NCBI GenBank assembly: GCA_002269645.1
Contig: NIVC01003640.1
Location: 22,208 to 86,207 of the forward strand
Length of the DNA stretch: 64,000 bases
Direction of reading: 5' to 3'
Source: Macrostomum lignano
Taxonomy: Eukaryota
The translations under genes and the position numbers were made by a program. Under the pieces are notes generated by a model that saw nothing but the letters and a program-made list of their open reading frames with translations, searched no databases and was not told the origin of the DNA. Of this stretch, positions 1-11,616 are shown one piece after another; position 1 is the stretch's first letter, and every line of letters begins with the position of its first letter.

Positions 1-499
1 AATCAGAGCAAAGCTGAGGATACGAACCCTGCCTCAGCCAATCAGAGAAAAGCTGAGGATGCGAACCCTGCCTCAGCCAATTAGAGCAAAGCTGAGGATG
101 CAAACCCTGCCTCAGCCAATCAGAGCAAAGCTGAGGATGCGAACGCTGCCTCAGCCAATCAGAGCAAAGCTGAGGATGCGAACCCTGCCTCAGCCAATTA
201 GAGCAAAGCTGAGGATGCAAACCCTGCCTCAGCCAATCAGAGCAAAGCTGAGGATGCGAACGCTGCCTCAGCCAATCAGAGCAAAGCTGAGGATGCGAAC
301 CCTGCCTCAGCCAATCAGAGCAAAGCTGAGGATGCGAACCCTGCCTCAGCCAATCAGAGAAAAGCTGAGGATGCGAACCCTGCCTCAGCCAATTAGAGCA
401 AAGCTGAGGATGCAAACCCTGCCTCAGCCAATCAGAGCAAAGCTGAGGATGCGAACGCTGCCTCAGCCAATCAGAGCAAAGCTGAGGATGCGAACCCTC
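1..499. repeat. 39-bp tandem minisatellite (~13 copies, runs off the window start)
   Basis: Unit AATCAGAGCAAAGCTGAGGATGCGAACCCTGCCTCAGCC with an internal GCTGAGG/CCTCAGC inverted pair. ORF 59..553 is only its 13-aa periodic translation. Confidence 0.97.
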
Positions 500-1231
500 T
501 GCGTCACTTTACGAATTAGAGTCGTATTTCGTATGTATAACAACTCTGTTTAGTCTACTTGAATTGGTAGAAAGTTAAGCGCTAACACAACGACTCTGAC
601 GAATTTTTACGATTCTGCAACTCTCAACAGTTGGTCCAGAGTCGCCAGAGTCACCAGTAAGTTGTTTGCAATGACCCTTTAGCGATTCTTAACACCATTC
701 AAGACTTGTACAGAAGATTACTGTAATTGTGATTGAGCGGGAGCCATAAGACCAGAGACTATACTTGATATATTTCAGCGCACTAAACTTCAGCTTCCAG
801 TCCAGTGGCGCGAACAGTCCATGACTAATATGTATATAAGCTATAACTCCAGTAACTACAAAAACAGACAGAAAGTATGAAAAACTTTGATTCAATCTCA
901 AGCCATGGAAATGCATGCGGAACGGTGTGAAATATTACAAACATTAATTTAAAAGAAAGTCAGAATTCTTTTTTTAAATCACAATTTTGATTAAAAATAC
1001 AATATTTTTTTTTCACAAAAGCACAGCATTAACATATTTCAAATTCATTATCACGGTACTAACAGTAGTCTAAGAGAATATGAGCTATAAAATACGCAGT
1101 CTGCCCGCTAAACAGAAAATAGTAATAAAATTTCAACTGGAGCAGAACGCAAGGCAATTTGCTTGCAATGTTGCTTATATAATTTTAGTATTTATCCCAT
1201 AGCTGAGATTTACACAATACAGTATACAACC

Positions 1232-1545
1232 AATCTCAGGGTGAGATTTCGCATCTATCAACTAATCTCATTGTGAGATTTTGCATCTATCAACTAATCT
1301 CATTGTGGGATTCTGCATCTATTAATTAATCTCATTGTGGGATTCTGCATCTATTAACTAATCTCAGGGTGAGATTTTTCATCTATCAATTAATCTCATT
1401 GTGGGATTCTGCATCTATTAACTAATCTCAGGGTGAGATTTTTCATCTATCAATTAATCTCATTGTGGGATTCTGCATCTATTAACTAATCTCAGGATGA
1501 GATTTTGTATCTATCAACTAATCTCACTGTAAGATTGGTTTCATC
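1232..1545. repeat. 32-bp tandem minisatellite
   Basis: Unit ~AATCTCA(TTG/GGG)TG(A/G)GATT(T/C)TGCATCTAT(C/T)AACT, period 32 (starts at 1264, 1296...). Degenerate copies near 1551 and 1613. Confidence 0.93.
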
Positions 1546-1670
1546 TAACAAATCGCAGGGTGAGATTTCGCATTACTAAAAAATCCGAGCGATATTTGAA
1601 TCTTTTAAAAAATCTCAGGGTGAGATTTTTGCATAAATAGGGAGACACGAGCTGGCAAAGCTGCCAGTCC

Positions 1671-2855
1671 CTACCTCTGCTGCCCCCAGGCTGCACTTCC
1701 GCCGCCTCTGCCGCCGCCGCGATGCTGAGGGTGGCCGGGGCCGCGCCGGTGCGCCGGGTAGCGGCCGTGCGGGTGCAGCCTGGAGGCGCCGTTCCGCCCG
1801 CCGCTGCCGGCCTGGGGCACGGATTTTCTCGCCGAGTGGCCGCGCACGAAACTGCCGCCGCCGACGCCGCTATAAGTCGCCGCCGTCGCCACCGGATGGT
1901 CGCTGGTGCTGCGTCGAAAACCGCCCACGCATCCGGCAGCTGCAGCTGCAGCGGCGGCCGCCGCCAGGGCGTTTGACGACGAAGCCGTCGACGAAGAGTT
2001 GGCGGAGATCCAGGAGTCCGTGGGCGACTGGACCGGGTCAGAAGTGGACGCGGTGCGCTGGACGATCTGGGCGAAGGTGGGGCGGCGCTCCGGTTCCAGG
2101 GCGGGGTGCAGCCGCTGCTGCTCCGACAGCAGGGAGATGCCCGACAGCGACTCGATGGTGGCCGTGATGGACGGCGACGCCGAAGCTTCAAGGGCGAGTC
2201 CGCTGACGGCCTCCTCGTGGTAATAGCCGTTGGAGACAGAGGGCGAGGCGGCGGGACAGTCGGCGAGGCTGAGCTGCACGAGCTTCTCGATGCCGCCCCA
2301 GTGCTTGACCCACAGGCCGGGCAGCGGCAGGCTGCAGTGGCTGGGCTTGGCCACCAGGCGCGGCCGGAACTCCACGCGGATGCTGGGGGCACCGGCGGCG
2401 GGCGCCGGGGAGGCAATCCAGTCGGGCATGACGAAGGCGCAGGCGGAGCCGTCAGGGCTGGGGGCGGGCAGCATGCGGGCGCACAAGATCGAGTTGCCAA
2501 ACAGGAGCTGCACGGACTTGACGAGCTCGTGCGGCCCTGGCACCGGCGGCTCGGCCGAGCTGTCCGAAACGTCCTGGACAAGCGCGGCGTCCAGCAGTAA
2601 TTTGCGGGGCCCGGGCAGGACTCGGCCGGGCCGCAACAGGCGGTGCACAGAGAGGCTCAGCGCCACTGTGGAACGACGCCGACACTGCGGCGAACCCGGA
2701 GACTCGGCGGCGCCGCCGACTGAGACGAGCGACGCCTCGACGGAGGCGCCCAGCCTGGGGTAGTGCCTGCGGGCGGGGTGGGCTGGATGCCTTAAACACG
2801 AATATTGCAGCATTACCGAATCGAAGCATTTGATGACAATCTAAAACAGGCAGGC

Positions 2856-2894
<39 letters not shown>

Positions 2895-2967
2895 GACAGA
2901 CAGGCAGACAGACAGACAGACAGACAGACAGACAGGCAGACAGACAGAGAGGCAGAGACAGACAGGC

Positions 2968-3018
<51 letters not shown>

Positions 3019-3051
3019 GAGGCAGACAGACAGACAGACAGACAGACAGGC

Positions 3052-3082
<31 letters not shown>

Positions 3083-3093
3083 GACAGACAGGC

Positions 3094-3126
<33 letters not shown>

Positions 3127-5616
3127 GGCAGACAGACAGAGACAGACAGGCAGACAGACAGACAGAGCAGCCTCACCTCTCAGCATGGCTGATCCTCCGC
3201 AGCCGCTCTTTGGCCTCCAGCAGGTCCTTCCTGTGCCCGTAGGACTTGACGCCCATGGCCAGCAGGTCCGGGCCGGTCAGCGCCATGAAGGCGGCGCCGT
3301 CCACGCCGTGCTCAAGCATCACCCGACCGTACTGGGCGAGGTCGCCGCAGCCGCCGAGCCGGCCGGCCAGCCAGTGGCAGAGGTCGGCGGCCCGCCAGTC
3401 CGCGGGGTTGACGTCGTTGAGCCGCAGCAGCCGCAGGTTGCCCGCCAGCTCGCTGCGCCGCACGCCGTCCAGCAGCCGGCGCTGGGCGCGCAGAGCCTCC
3501 TCCGTGTGGCGCATCCGCGCCAGGGCCGCGTCCAGCCAGCCGCGCCAGACCTCGCGCTGTCGGCCGAAATTGTCCAGCGCTGCCCGGGTGTCCGGGTCGG
3601 CCAGCTTCTCCAGCCGGCTCACAATGCTGCCGAAGGTGGGCCGCTTGGTCGGGTCCTCCGACCAGCACTTCTCCAGCAGCAGCGACAGGCCCGTCGGGCA
3701 CTGCGGCGGCACCGGCAGTCGTTCGCCTTCCTCGACCACCGAGTACACGATCTGCGGGCGGGAGCCAACGAATCTCTTGCTACAAATATCCTCTCAGAGA
3801 AGCTTGCTTACCTTCGGTAACTATTCAAGATAGTCGTAGCCTTAGCAACTAGATCCCAGATAATCCCAGCCCTAGCAGCTGGATCCCAGATAATCCCAGC
3901 CCTAGCAACTAGATCCCAGATAATCCCAGCCCTAGCAACTAGATCCCAGATAATCCCAGCCTTAGCAACAAGATCCCAGATAATCCCAGCCTTAGCAACA
4001 AAATCCCAGATAATCCCAGCCTTAGCAACTAGATCCCAGATAATCCCAGCCTTAGCAACTAGATCCCAGATAATCCCAGCCCTAGCAACTAGATCTTAGA
4101 TAATCCCAGCCTTAGCAACTAGATTCCAGATAATCCCAGCCTTAGCAACTGGATCCCAGATAATCCCAGCCCTAGCAACTAGATCCCAGATAATCCCAGC
4201 CTTAGCAACTAGATCCCAGATAATCAATGAGAAATGCACATCCAGCAAGTTGCAATCTCAATACAAATTTCACCTGCAGCGGCTGCAGACCCCTGAACGG
4301 CACCTGCCGGGTCAGCAGCTCCCACAGCACCACGCCGTAGGACCAGGCGTCGCACGGTTTACCCGCCGACCGGTCGCCGCGCAGCATCTCGACGGCCATC
4401 CAGGCGGGGGTGCCGGCCAGGGTGACCCCGGAGCTGCCCAGCACCACCCTGGCGGCGCCGAAGTCGCACAGCTTGCAGACGGAGAAGTCAGCTGTCAGCA
4501 CCACGTTCTTCGACTTGAGATCCCTGCGGGTTCACAGGGCAGCTGTTGACTCAGGGGCTTCTGCTCAAATTCTGCGATAAAGCGAATCTCGACTCTTTGA
4601 GGCCGCTCTCAGCAAACTTGATGTAGGCCGGGGTCCCAGACTTAAATGTACTTTGAAGAGCATCTTGTGCTTGATAATTTAAGAGCCAATGTGGAAAGCT
4701 TTGGGTCTGGGGATCTGGCAGGCTGGCCCAGCAACTGGGGATCTGGGAGGCTGGCCCAGTAACTGAGGATCTGGCAGGCTGGCTCAGCAACTGAGGATCT
4801 GGGAGGCTGGCCCAGTAACTGAGGATCTGGCAGGCTGGCTCAGCAACTGAGGATCTGGGAGGCTGACCCAGAAACTGAGGGATCTGGGAGGCTGGCTCAG
4901 CAACTGAGGATCTGGGAGGCTGGCCCGGTCACTGACACTCTAGGAGGCTGGCCCAGCAACTGAGGATCTGGGAGGCTGGCCCAGCAACTGAGGATCTGGG
5001 AGGCTGGCTCAGCAACTGAGGATCTGGGAGGCTGGCCCAGCAACGGAGGATCTGGGAGGCTGGCCCAGCAACTGGGGATCTGGGAGGCTGGCCCAGCAAC
5101 TGGGGATCTGGGAGGGTGGTGGGTGGAACAGCTTGGGAATATGGGAGAATGGCGGGTGGAACAGCTTGGGAATATAGGAGGGTGATGATGATCAAGCCTA
5201 AGAATCTGGGAGTTGCAAAACAGTTAAACCCACCTGTGCACAATGGTCTGCGGCGCCTCATCATGCAGGTAGCGAACTCCGCAGGCAATCTGAGTGGCCC
5301 AGTTGAGCAGCCTGTCAGGCCCGAGGTCCCGGCCGCTGTCGTGCAGGTAGTCATAAAGTGAGCCGCCCTGGGCCAGCTCCGACACGATGCACTGATTGGG
5401 CCGCTGCAGGCTGGCCCCCAGCAGCTGGATGATGTTCCTGTGGCGCACCTGGTTGAGCAGCGCGGCTTCAGTCTGGTCCAGCTCAAGCAGCTTCTTCACC
5501 GCCACCTGTCTGTTTTCGCTTTTCCAAGTGGCCCGATAGACGCTGCCCTTGGAGCCGGCGCCCAGCAGCTCGTGGAACTGCAGGTCCGCGTACTGAATCT
5601 GGCGAATGCCAGACAT
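1671..5616 (-). CDS. MAP3K20: ZAK-alpha-like MAP3K (kinase, leucine zipper, SAM, YEATS-like domain); exons 5616-5234, 4523-4274, 3751-3177, 2766-1671; 767 aa if the CDS ends at 1671
   Basis: Kinase motifs GAGSKGSV, VAVKK, HR|DLKSKN (split by intron 1), DFG, GTPAWMA, DAWSYGVVLWELLT, CW..DPTKRPTF. SAM domain WRAADLCHWL...GVDGAAF...GVKSYGHRKDLL. Exon 4 contains LVKSVQL...FVMPDWI, resembling the ZAK-alpha YEATS-like domain. All junctions are GT-AG with matching phases (2,0,2), and three acceptors end in CCCGCAG. The 3' end could splice further at AG|GTAGGG (1675/1674). Confidence 0.88.
2844..3166. repeat. (GACA)n microsatellite filling ZAK intron 3
   Basis: GACA tetramers with GGCA/GAGA variants. 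The ORFs RQTD../LSVC.. are artefacts of it. Confidence 0.97.
3836..4224. repeat. 30-bp minisatellite (13 copies) in ZAK intron 2
   Basis: Unit CTTAGCAACTAGATCCCAGATAATCCCAGC. Confidence 0.97.
4706..5115. repeat. 28-bp minisatellite in ZAK intron 1
   Basis: Unit GGCTGGCCCAGCAACTGAGGATCTGGGA. Confidence 0.95.
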
Positions 5617-6414
5617 GAGCAGCTGGAGGGGGCGGGGTTCAAAGTTCAGATTGAAAATTTTAGTGAAATACACAGCAAGTCACATTCCTATAATCACAAG
5701 TTAATAGAAATTGATTAGAAAATATATATGAAAAGGGACCTTATTTGTTATCTTTGAAAAATGATGACAGCTATATTTTTACTTTAAACACAAAGTTCTA
5801 AAAAACAAATCAACAAAAGTGATATTGCTAAGCTAAAAAAATAGAATCTAAGCTAAAATTTTCTATGCTTATAACATGACAAACTCAGATAATAAATTTG
5901 ATTATATATATAGGCCTAGCCATTATATCTAATATAGGCATACATACTATAATATATTATTTTAAGTCTTTCTACATTTATGCACTTGCTTATGTTTAGC
6001 AGTCAGTAGAATAGGCAAAATGACCTTAGTATTAGTTGGGGAAACTTTAACACATTGCCTTAATATGCTAAGAACCTTTTAATAAATACAATTGTAAAAA
6101 ATAGTTGATTTATGCCTTGATGTACCTATATGCCACAATTTTGCTACATTATACTAGGCCTACTAATAAATGCTATTTTTTATTATATCATGTCATGTCT
6201 TAATATGCTACACTTGCCATTATAAGCAACTTACTACCTCTTGCTATGCAATGCTAGACCCATGTATTATCTTCTTGCATTATATACCAAAGATACTATT
6301 GCAAGAATTTTGATAGTTGCATTATTTTAAGGTGTTTTTTATAATTATTAAACTATTTGAAGCACTATAAAAGTTAATGCATTTATATAATTTATAAAAT
6401 ATGTAAGAGATTTA

Positions 6415-6803
6415 TAGAGGTCGGATGGGATCCCAATCCCGATCCTAAAATCTCGGGATCCCAAGGAAAATTGAATTCCTGTGGAACCAGAATCCCGACC
6501 CTAAAAAACTTGAGATTTGGGAACAGGTCTTTTGATTAAAAATTTATAGAATTAGTGATTACTTGAAGGTATTTTGCTTCAACTTGTACTCGTTACATTA
6601 TTTACTTTGTTGGTTACAAAACTTCATATCAATTTTGTTGTGTTTTACTTCTTGATCTTGACAATCTTTTCTCAATTTTGTTTAACTTTACATGGACAAT
6701 ACACTGATCTGATCCCAATTCCCAAATCCTGATCCCGATCCTAAGAAAAAAATTATTCCCAATCCCAATCCCGCCTGAAGATTTCAATCCCATCCAACCT
6801 CTA
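6415..6803. mobile_element. Non-autonomous hAT-type DNA transposon (MITE, 389 bp)
   Basis: 17-bp TIRs TAGAGGTCGGATGGGAT / ATCCCATCCAACCTCTA (1 mismatch). Flanks GAGATTTA (6407-6414) and GAGATTAA (6804-6811) form an 8-bp TSD with 1 mismatch. Interior is rich in ATCCCG/GATCCC. Confidence 0.8.
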
Positions 6804-6812
6804 GAGATTAAT

Positions 6813-7006
6813 AATGTTCAACATGGTGGCTCTTTAATGTTCAACAAGGTGGCTCTTTTATGTTTGACATGATAGCTCTTTTATGTTTGAAATGTTGTCT
6901 CTGTTATGTTTGACATGGTGGCTCTTGAATGTTTGACATGGTGGCTCTTTAATGTTTGACATGGTGGCTCTTTAATGTTTGACATGGTGGCTCCTAAATG
7001 TTTGAC
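6813..7006. repeat. 23-bp minisatellite block (copy of 8813-9006)
   Basis: Unit GACATGGTGGCTCTTT(A/T)ATGTTT, with the same order of variant units as 8813-9006. Confidence 0.93.
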
Positions 7007-7229
7007 CTAAATATTAATATAGAGATTAGTATTATTGATCAAAACATTTCTTGCTAAGAAGAACCTTAATAAGATTAGTATCCAACTAGCAATCTTTGCC
7101 CCCCAATGAGGGACATCTAGATAGAATCTCTGTTCTCTACAAGTATCAATAAGATGACCAAACAAAGCCTTCACATAGTCAAAAAAAAACTGCTCAGATG
7201 AAGAGCAATGCAAAAAGAAAACATCCTAA

Positions 7230-8115
7230 GACAGCAAGCATCCCCCCAGATAGCAAGCACCTCCAGATAGCAAGCACCCCCAGATAGCAGGCACCCCCAG
7301 TTAGCAAGCACCCCCAGATGGCAAGCACCCCCCAGATAGCAAGCATCCCCCCAGATAGCAAGCACCCCCCAGATAGCAGGCACCCCCCAGATAGCAAGCA
7401 TCCCCCAGATAGCAAGCACCCCCAGATAGCAAGCACCCCCAGATAGCAGGCACCCCCAGATAGTAGGCACCCCCAGATAGCAGGCTCTCCCAGATAGCAA
7501 GCACCCCCAGATAGCAAGCACTCCCAGATAGCAGGCACCCCCAGATAGCAAGCACCTCCAGATAGCAAGCACCCCCAGATAGCAGGCTCTCCCAGATAGC
7601 AAGCACCCCCAGATAGCAAGCACTCCCAGATAGCAAGCACCCCCAGATAGCAGGCTCTCTCAGATAGCAAGCACCCCCAGATAGCAAGCACCCCCAGATA
7701 GCAAGCACCACCAGATAGCAAGCACCTCCAGATAGCAAGCACCCCCAGATAGCAAGCACCTCCAGATAGCAAGCACCCCCAGATAGCAAGCACCCCCAGA
7801 TAGCAAGCACCTCCAGATAGCAGGCACCCCCAGATAGCAAGCACCTCCAGATAGCAAGCACCACCAGATAGCAAGCACCCCCAGATAGCAGGCTCTCCCA
7901 GATAGCAAGAACCCCCAGATAGCAGGCTCTCCCAGATAGCAAGCACCCCCAGATAGCAAGCACCCCAGATAGCAAGCACCCCAGATAGCAAGCAACCAAT
8001 TGATAGCAAGCACCCCAGATAGCAAGCAACCAATTGATAGCAAGCAACCAATTGATAGCAAGCACCCCAAGATAGCAAGCACCCCAGATAGCAAGCAACC
8101 AATTGATAGCAAGTA
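7230..8115. repeat. 17-bp minisatellite (~50 copies)
   Basis: Unit GATAGCAAGCACCCCCA. The GACYLGVLAIW ORFs are artefacts. Confidence 0.96.
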
Positions 8116-8179
8116 TTGATCCTTAAATAGCAAGCATCCACCGGACAATAAGTAGCAAGTGCAACAATTTCCTTAGCTT

Positions 8180-9200
8180 TATAATGGCTCCTTTGTGATT
8201 GGCATGATGCTTCTTTTTACGTTTGAAACTGCGTCTCCTTTGTTTGACTTGGTGGCTCTTCAATGTTCAACATGGTGGCTTTTTACTGTTAGACATGGTG
8301 GTTCTTCTATGTTTGACATGGTGGCTCTTTTATGTTCGACATGGTGGCTCTTTTATGTTTGACATTGAGTCACGTATATGTTTCACATGATGGCTCTTTT
8401 ATGTTTGACATGATGGCTCTTTATGTTTGACATGGTAGATCTTTTATATTTTACTTAGAGGCATTTTTATGTTCAACATGGTGGCTCTTTAATGTTTGAC
8501 ATGGTGGCTCTTTTATGTTTGACATGGTGGCTCTTTTATGTTTGAAATGTTGTCTCTGTTATGTTCGACATGGTGGCTCTTGAATGTTTGACATGGTGGC
8601 TCTTTAATGTTTGACATGGTGGCTCTTTTATGTTCGACATGGTGGCTCTTTTATGTTCGACATGGTGGCTCTTTTATGTTTGACATGGTGGCTCTTAAAT
8701 GTTTGACATGGTGGCTCTTTATTGTTTGACATGGTGGCTCTTTAATGTTTGACATGGTGGCTCTTTAATGTTTGACATGGTGGCTCTTTAATGTTTGACA
8801 TGGTGGCTCTTTAATGTTCAACATGGTGGCTCTTTAATGTTCAACAAGGTGGCTCTTTTATGTTTGACATGATAGCTCTTTTATGTTTGAAATGTTGTCT
8901 CTGTTATGTTTGACATGGTGGCTCTTGAATGTTTGACATGGTGGCTCTTTAATGTTTGACATGGTGGCTCTTTAATGTTTGACATGATGGCTCCTAAATG
9001 TTTGACATGGTGGCTCTTTAATGTTTGGAATGGTGGCTCTTTTATATTTGGCATGGTGGCTCTTGAATGTTTGACATGGTGGCTCTTTAATGTTTGACAT
9101 GGTGGCTCTTTTATGTTTGACATGATGTCTTTTCTGTGTTCGACATGGTGGCACTTTTATGTTTGGCATGGTGGCTCTTTTATATTTGACATTGCGCTTC
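8180..9200. repeat. 23-bp minisatellite (~44 copies)
   Basis: Unit GACATGGTGGCTCTTT(A/T)ATGTTT, degenerate at both edges. Confidence 0.95.
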
Positions 9201-11204
9201 TTTTATGTTTAGCATTTTGTGTTTTAAAGTGTTTTAATAAAAAAATTATTTTGCTCTACTAAGATTCGAACCCTACATTAGCAGTCGCTACATTACATTA
9301 GTCGCTACATTAGCAGTCCAGTCTGTTCGCATCTTGGCTATCTCTTTTCAATTGGAGAACATGAATTGTGGCCCTTATAATTCAATTCTTACAGCAAGTC
9401 AATTGGAGTAGAAAGTTATGACATAATCAATTTCTCAGTCAGCCAGTATCAGTCTCAATTTAAGTTAGCAATATGGTTACGCAATTTTAATCAAGTCGGG
9501 TGTGTATTTTTTCGACACTGTTTTCATCTTGTTGTGATGCAGTCTTTATCGCTATCGGAATTGAGCCAGTCAGTTTTTTCTCTAGCATTCTTACAATGCA
9601 TTCCAGGCAAGGACTTCTAGTCTAGAAGTCCTTGATTCCAGGTCGAAAGAGCTGCTTGACCTTTGCAAAAAAAGCATGTTTTTTGAATATTTAATCCCTT
9701 TAAAATTGAGCAATTTCTTAGCCAGGATGCATGTACCGTCCCAGAAAAATTTCTGATCGAATGGTGCAAGTTTGAAGAAAATTGGTTGAGCCATTTTCAT
9801 TTTTAGTATATTGGATACTTTTCCAGGTTTCCAGGTTTATTAAAAAAGGTTTTTGGAAATAGAATATAATGTTTTATATTGTCACTTGAAAAAAACTACT
9901 TAACTAGTTTGCTACTTTTCTATATATCAAAATGATTTAAGAAAAACATGTATTTTTACATATAGACTCATGTGTATATTCCTAAGAAATCTAGTATTAG
10001 GTTTTAGCAAGAGATAGGCCTATAGGGATTATAATAAACAATGTATTTAGCCTAAAATATTCTATTAAACAATAGCAACTAAATTCTAAAAGAACTATGG
10101 TGTCAAATCTTAAAGGCCATCTAGGAAAGAGGCTAGGCCCCTATAATTTACACTTGTAGTAAGGCAAAAATGTTCTTATATATATAATTTTAATTTATAA
10201 TTATCGCCAAGCCAATTTTTTACTTATTTTACAATTGTTCACCTATTATAGGCCCTACTACTTTTAAAATGACCTAGTTAGCTTTTTTCAATCCTATATA
10301 CTTTTTTATAGATCTGCACTTAAACTTGAATGTTGAATATGATTTATAAAATATAGGTCTAAGGCTTAAATCAATAAAAGGCTCCCCCAGGCCCAGCCCC
10401 CCTCAGCCACAGCCAAAAAATGTGGGCCATATTGATTGTGGGCCAGACAATATACCAAGTCTATTGTCCACTATTGGGTTGTATTGCTTAATATAGCTTG
10501 CATCCCTTCCCTAAAAACATTTCTGGATCGGTGCCTGATTTATTTTACCACCACGTCCACACAACACGGCCGACGGGTCTTTCGAAGAAATAAAAAGAAA
10601 CTCACGAAGCACATTCTTCAAGAATTTGAAAGTTAGTTTATTATTTTTAAACAAAGCTAGTGAAATATTAACTTTAAAATTTACGTTATTGCTCAGTTTA
10701 ATACAAAAAATGTATTAAAACTTTTTTAAACTGATAATAAAATTAATATTGTATTGCTTAAGACTATTTAAAAAGAGTTTCCTCCTTTTTCAATTTCGCA
10801 TAGCTGAGATTTTTCTGTGCGCCTGCATGGACTCCGACGAGGAGAGACAAGGGGCTGTAAGTCTTGAGTGCCTTTTTTAAATAATTTCCTTGTTTGTACT
10901 ATTTTACCTAAGCAATAATTCACTCGTACGGGTGACTTGAACCTTTGTCTCATTTTAAACTAAGAATAATTCCCCATTGATAAGAGAAAAGAGATATCCC
11001 CATATCTCTTTGGCTTATAAATTTTCAAGCCCATTTTTATAAGTATTCCGGGTACTTATTATAAGTATTATAAGTAAACCATCACCATCTTAACAGAACG
11101 CATGTTTTTAAGTTAACAACGAATACAATCTCCGGTTCAATTCATATTGTCTTAACTTAGCATTTCAATCTAAAAGATTGTGTTAAATTTAAAACTTCCC
11201 CCAG

Positions 11205-11310
11205 AACAAGTCCATTTTCCACAATCAGCCATTTGATGAGTCGTTGCAAGTCTCCGACCCAGAAGACATAGACAGTACATATGAGCCAACTCCGAGAATA
11301 GGAGGAGTAG
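11205..11310 (+). CDS. IFT46: IFT46 N-terminal coding exon A (NKSIFHNQPFDESLQVSDPEDIDSTYEPTPRIGGV)
   Basis: Acceptor CTTCCCCCAG|AAC and donor G|GTAAGC; 106 nt (phase 0 to 1). Carries the NQP(Y/F/H)DE motif I recall from IFT46 N-termini (e.g. Chlamydomonas NQPHDEEV). Not in the ORF track. Confidence 0.72.
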
Positions 11311-11616
11311 GTAAGCAGGAGGTTTTACTGGAAGGAGGTTCTTTAAAAGCGCGTCGTGTTTTTCAATAGATTGAACTCAACTGCTAATCCAATAATTTCT
11401 TAACAATATTAAACATATTTTGTATAACGAAAAATTGATTTGAATTTACTCGTAATCAGCAGCAATTGGCTCACAAATTGCCTTGCAATATAAAAAAAAT
11501 GTTTTCAACGGATTTTTACTCAATGATTTCTGTATCACGTAGTTGTATTTAACCTCGCTTTAAACAGCTGCGTTGCTTATCGCTACATTCGCTAAATTCA
11601 TGACCAAATTTCACAG

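Noticed and set aside
3173-3177. Stop codon immediately inside the ZAK exon-3 donor (AG|GTGA) as a designed short isoform
   Set aside because: Phase-2 introns beginning GTRA always create an in-frame stop, so this is expected from the splice consensus. It needs transcript evidence.
1541-3833. Many overlapping GC-rich ORFs around ZAK (similar shadows overlap the GPCR, the SLC22 copies and pol)
   Set aside because: They are antisense or alternate-frame shadows of high-GC coding sequence with no recognisable motifs.
9590-10953. Possible small - strand gene head-to-head with IFT46 (fragments such as LKNVLREFLFISSKDP and MAQPIFFKLAPFDQKFFWD)
   Set aside because: Some GT-AG joins are possible, but I could not build a unique phase-consistent model or recognise the product.
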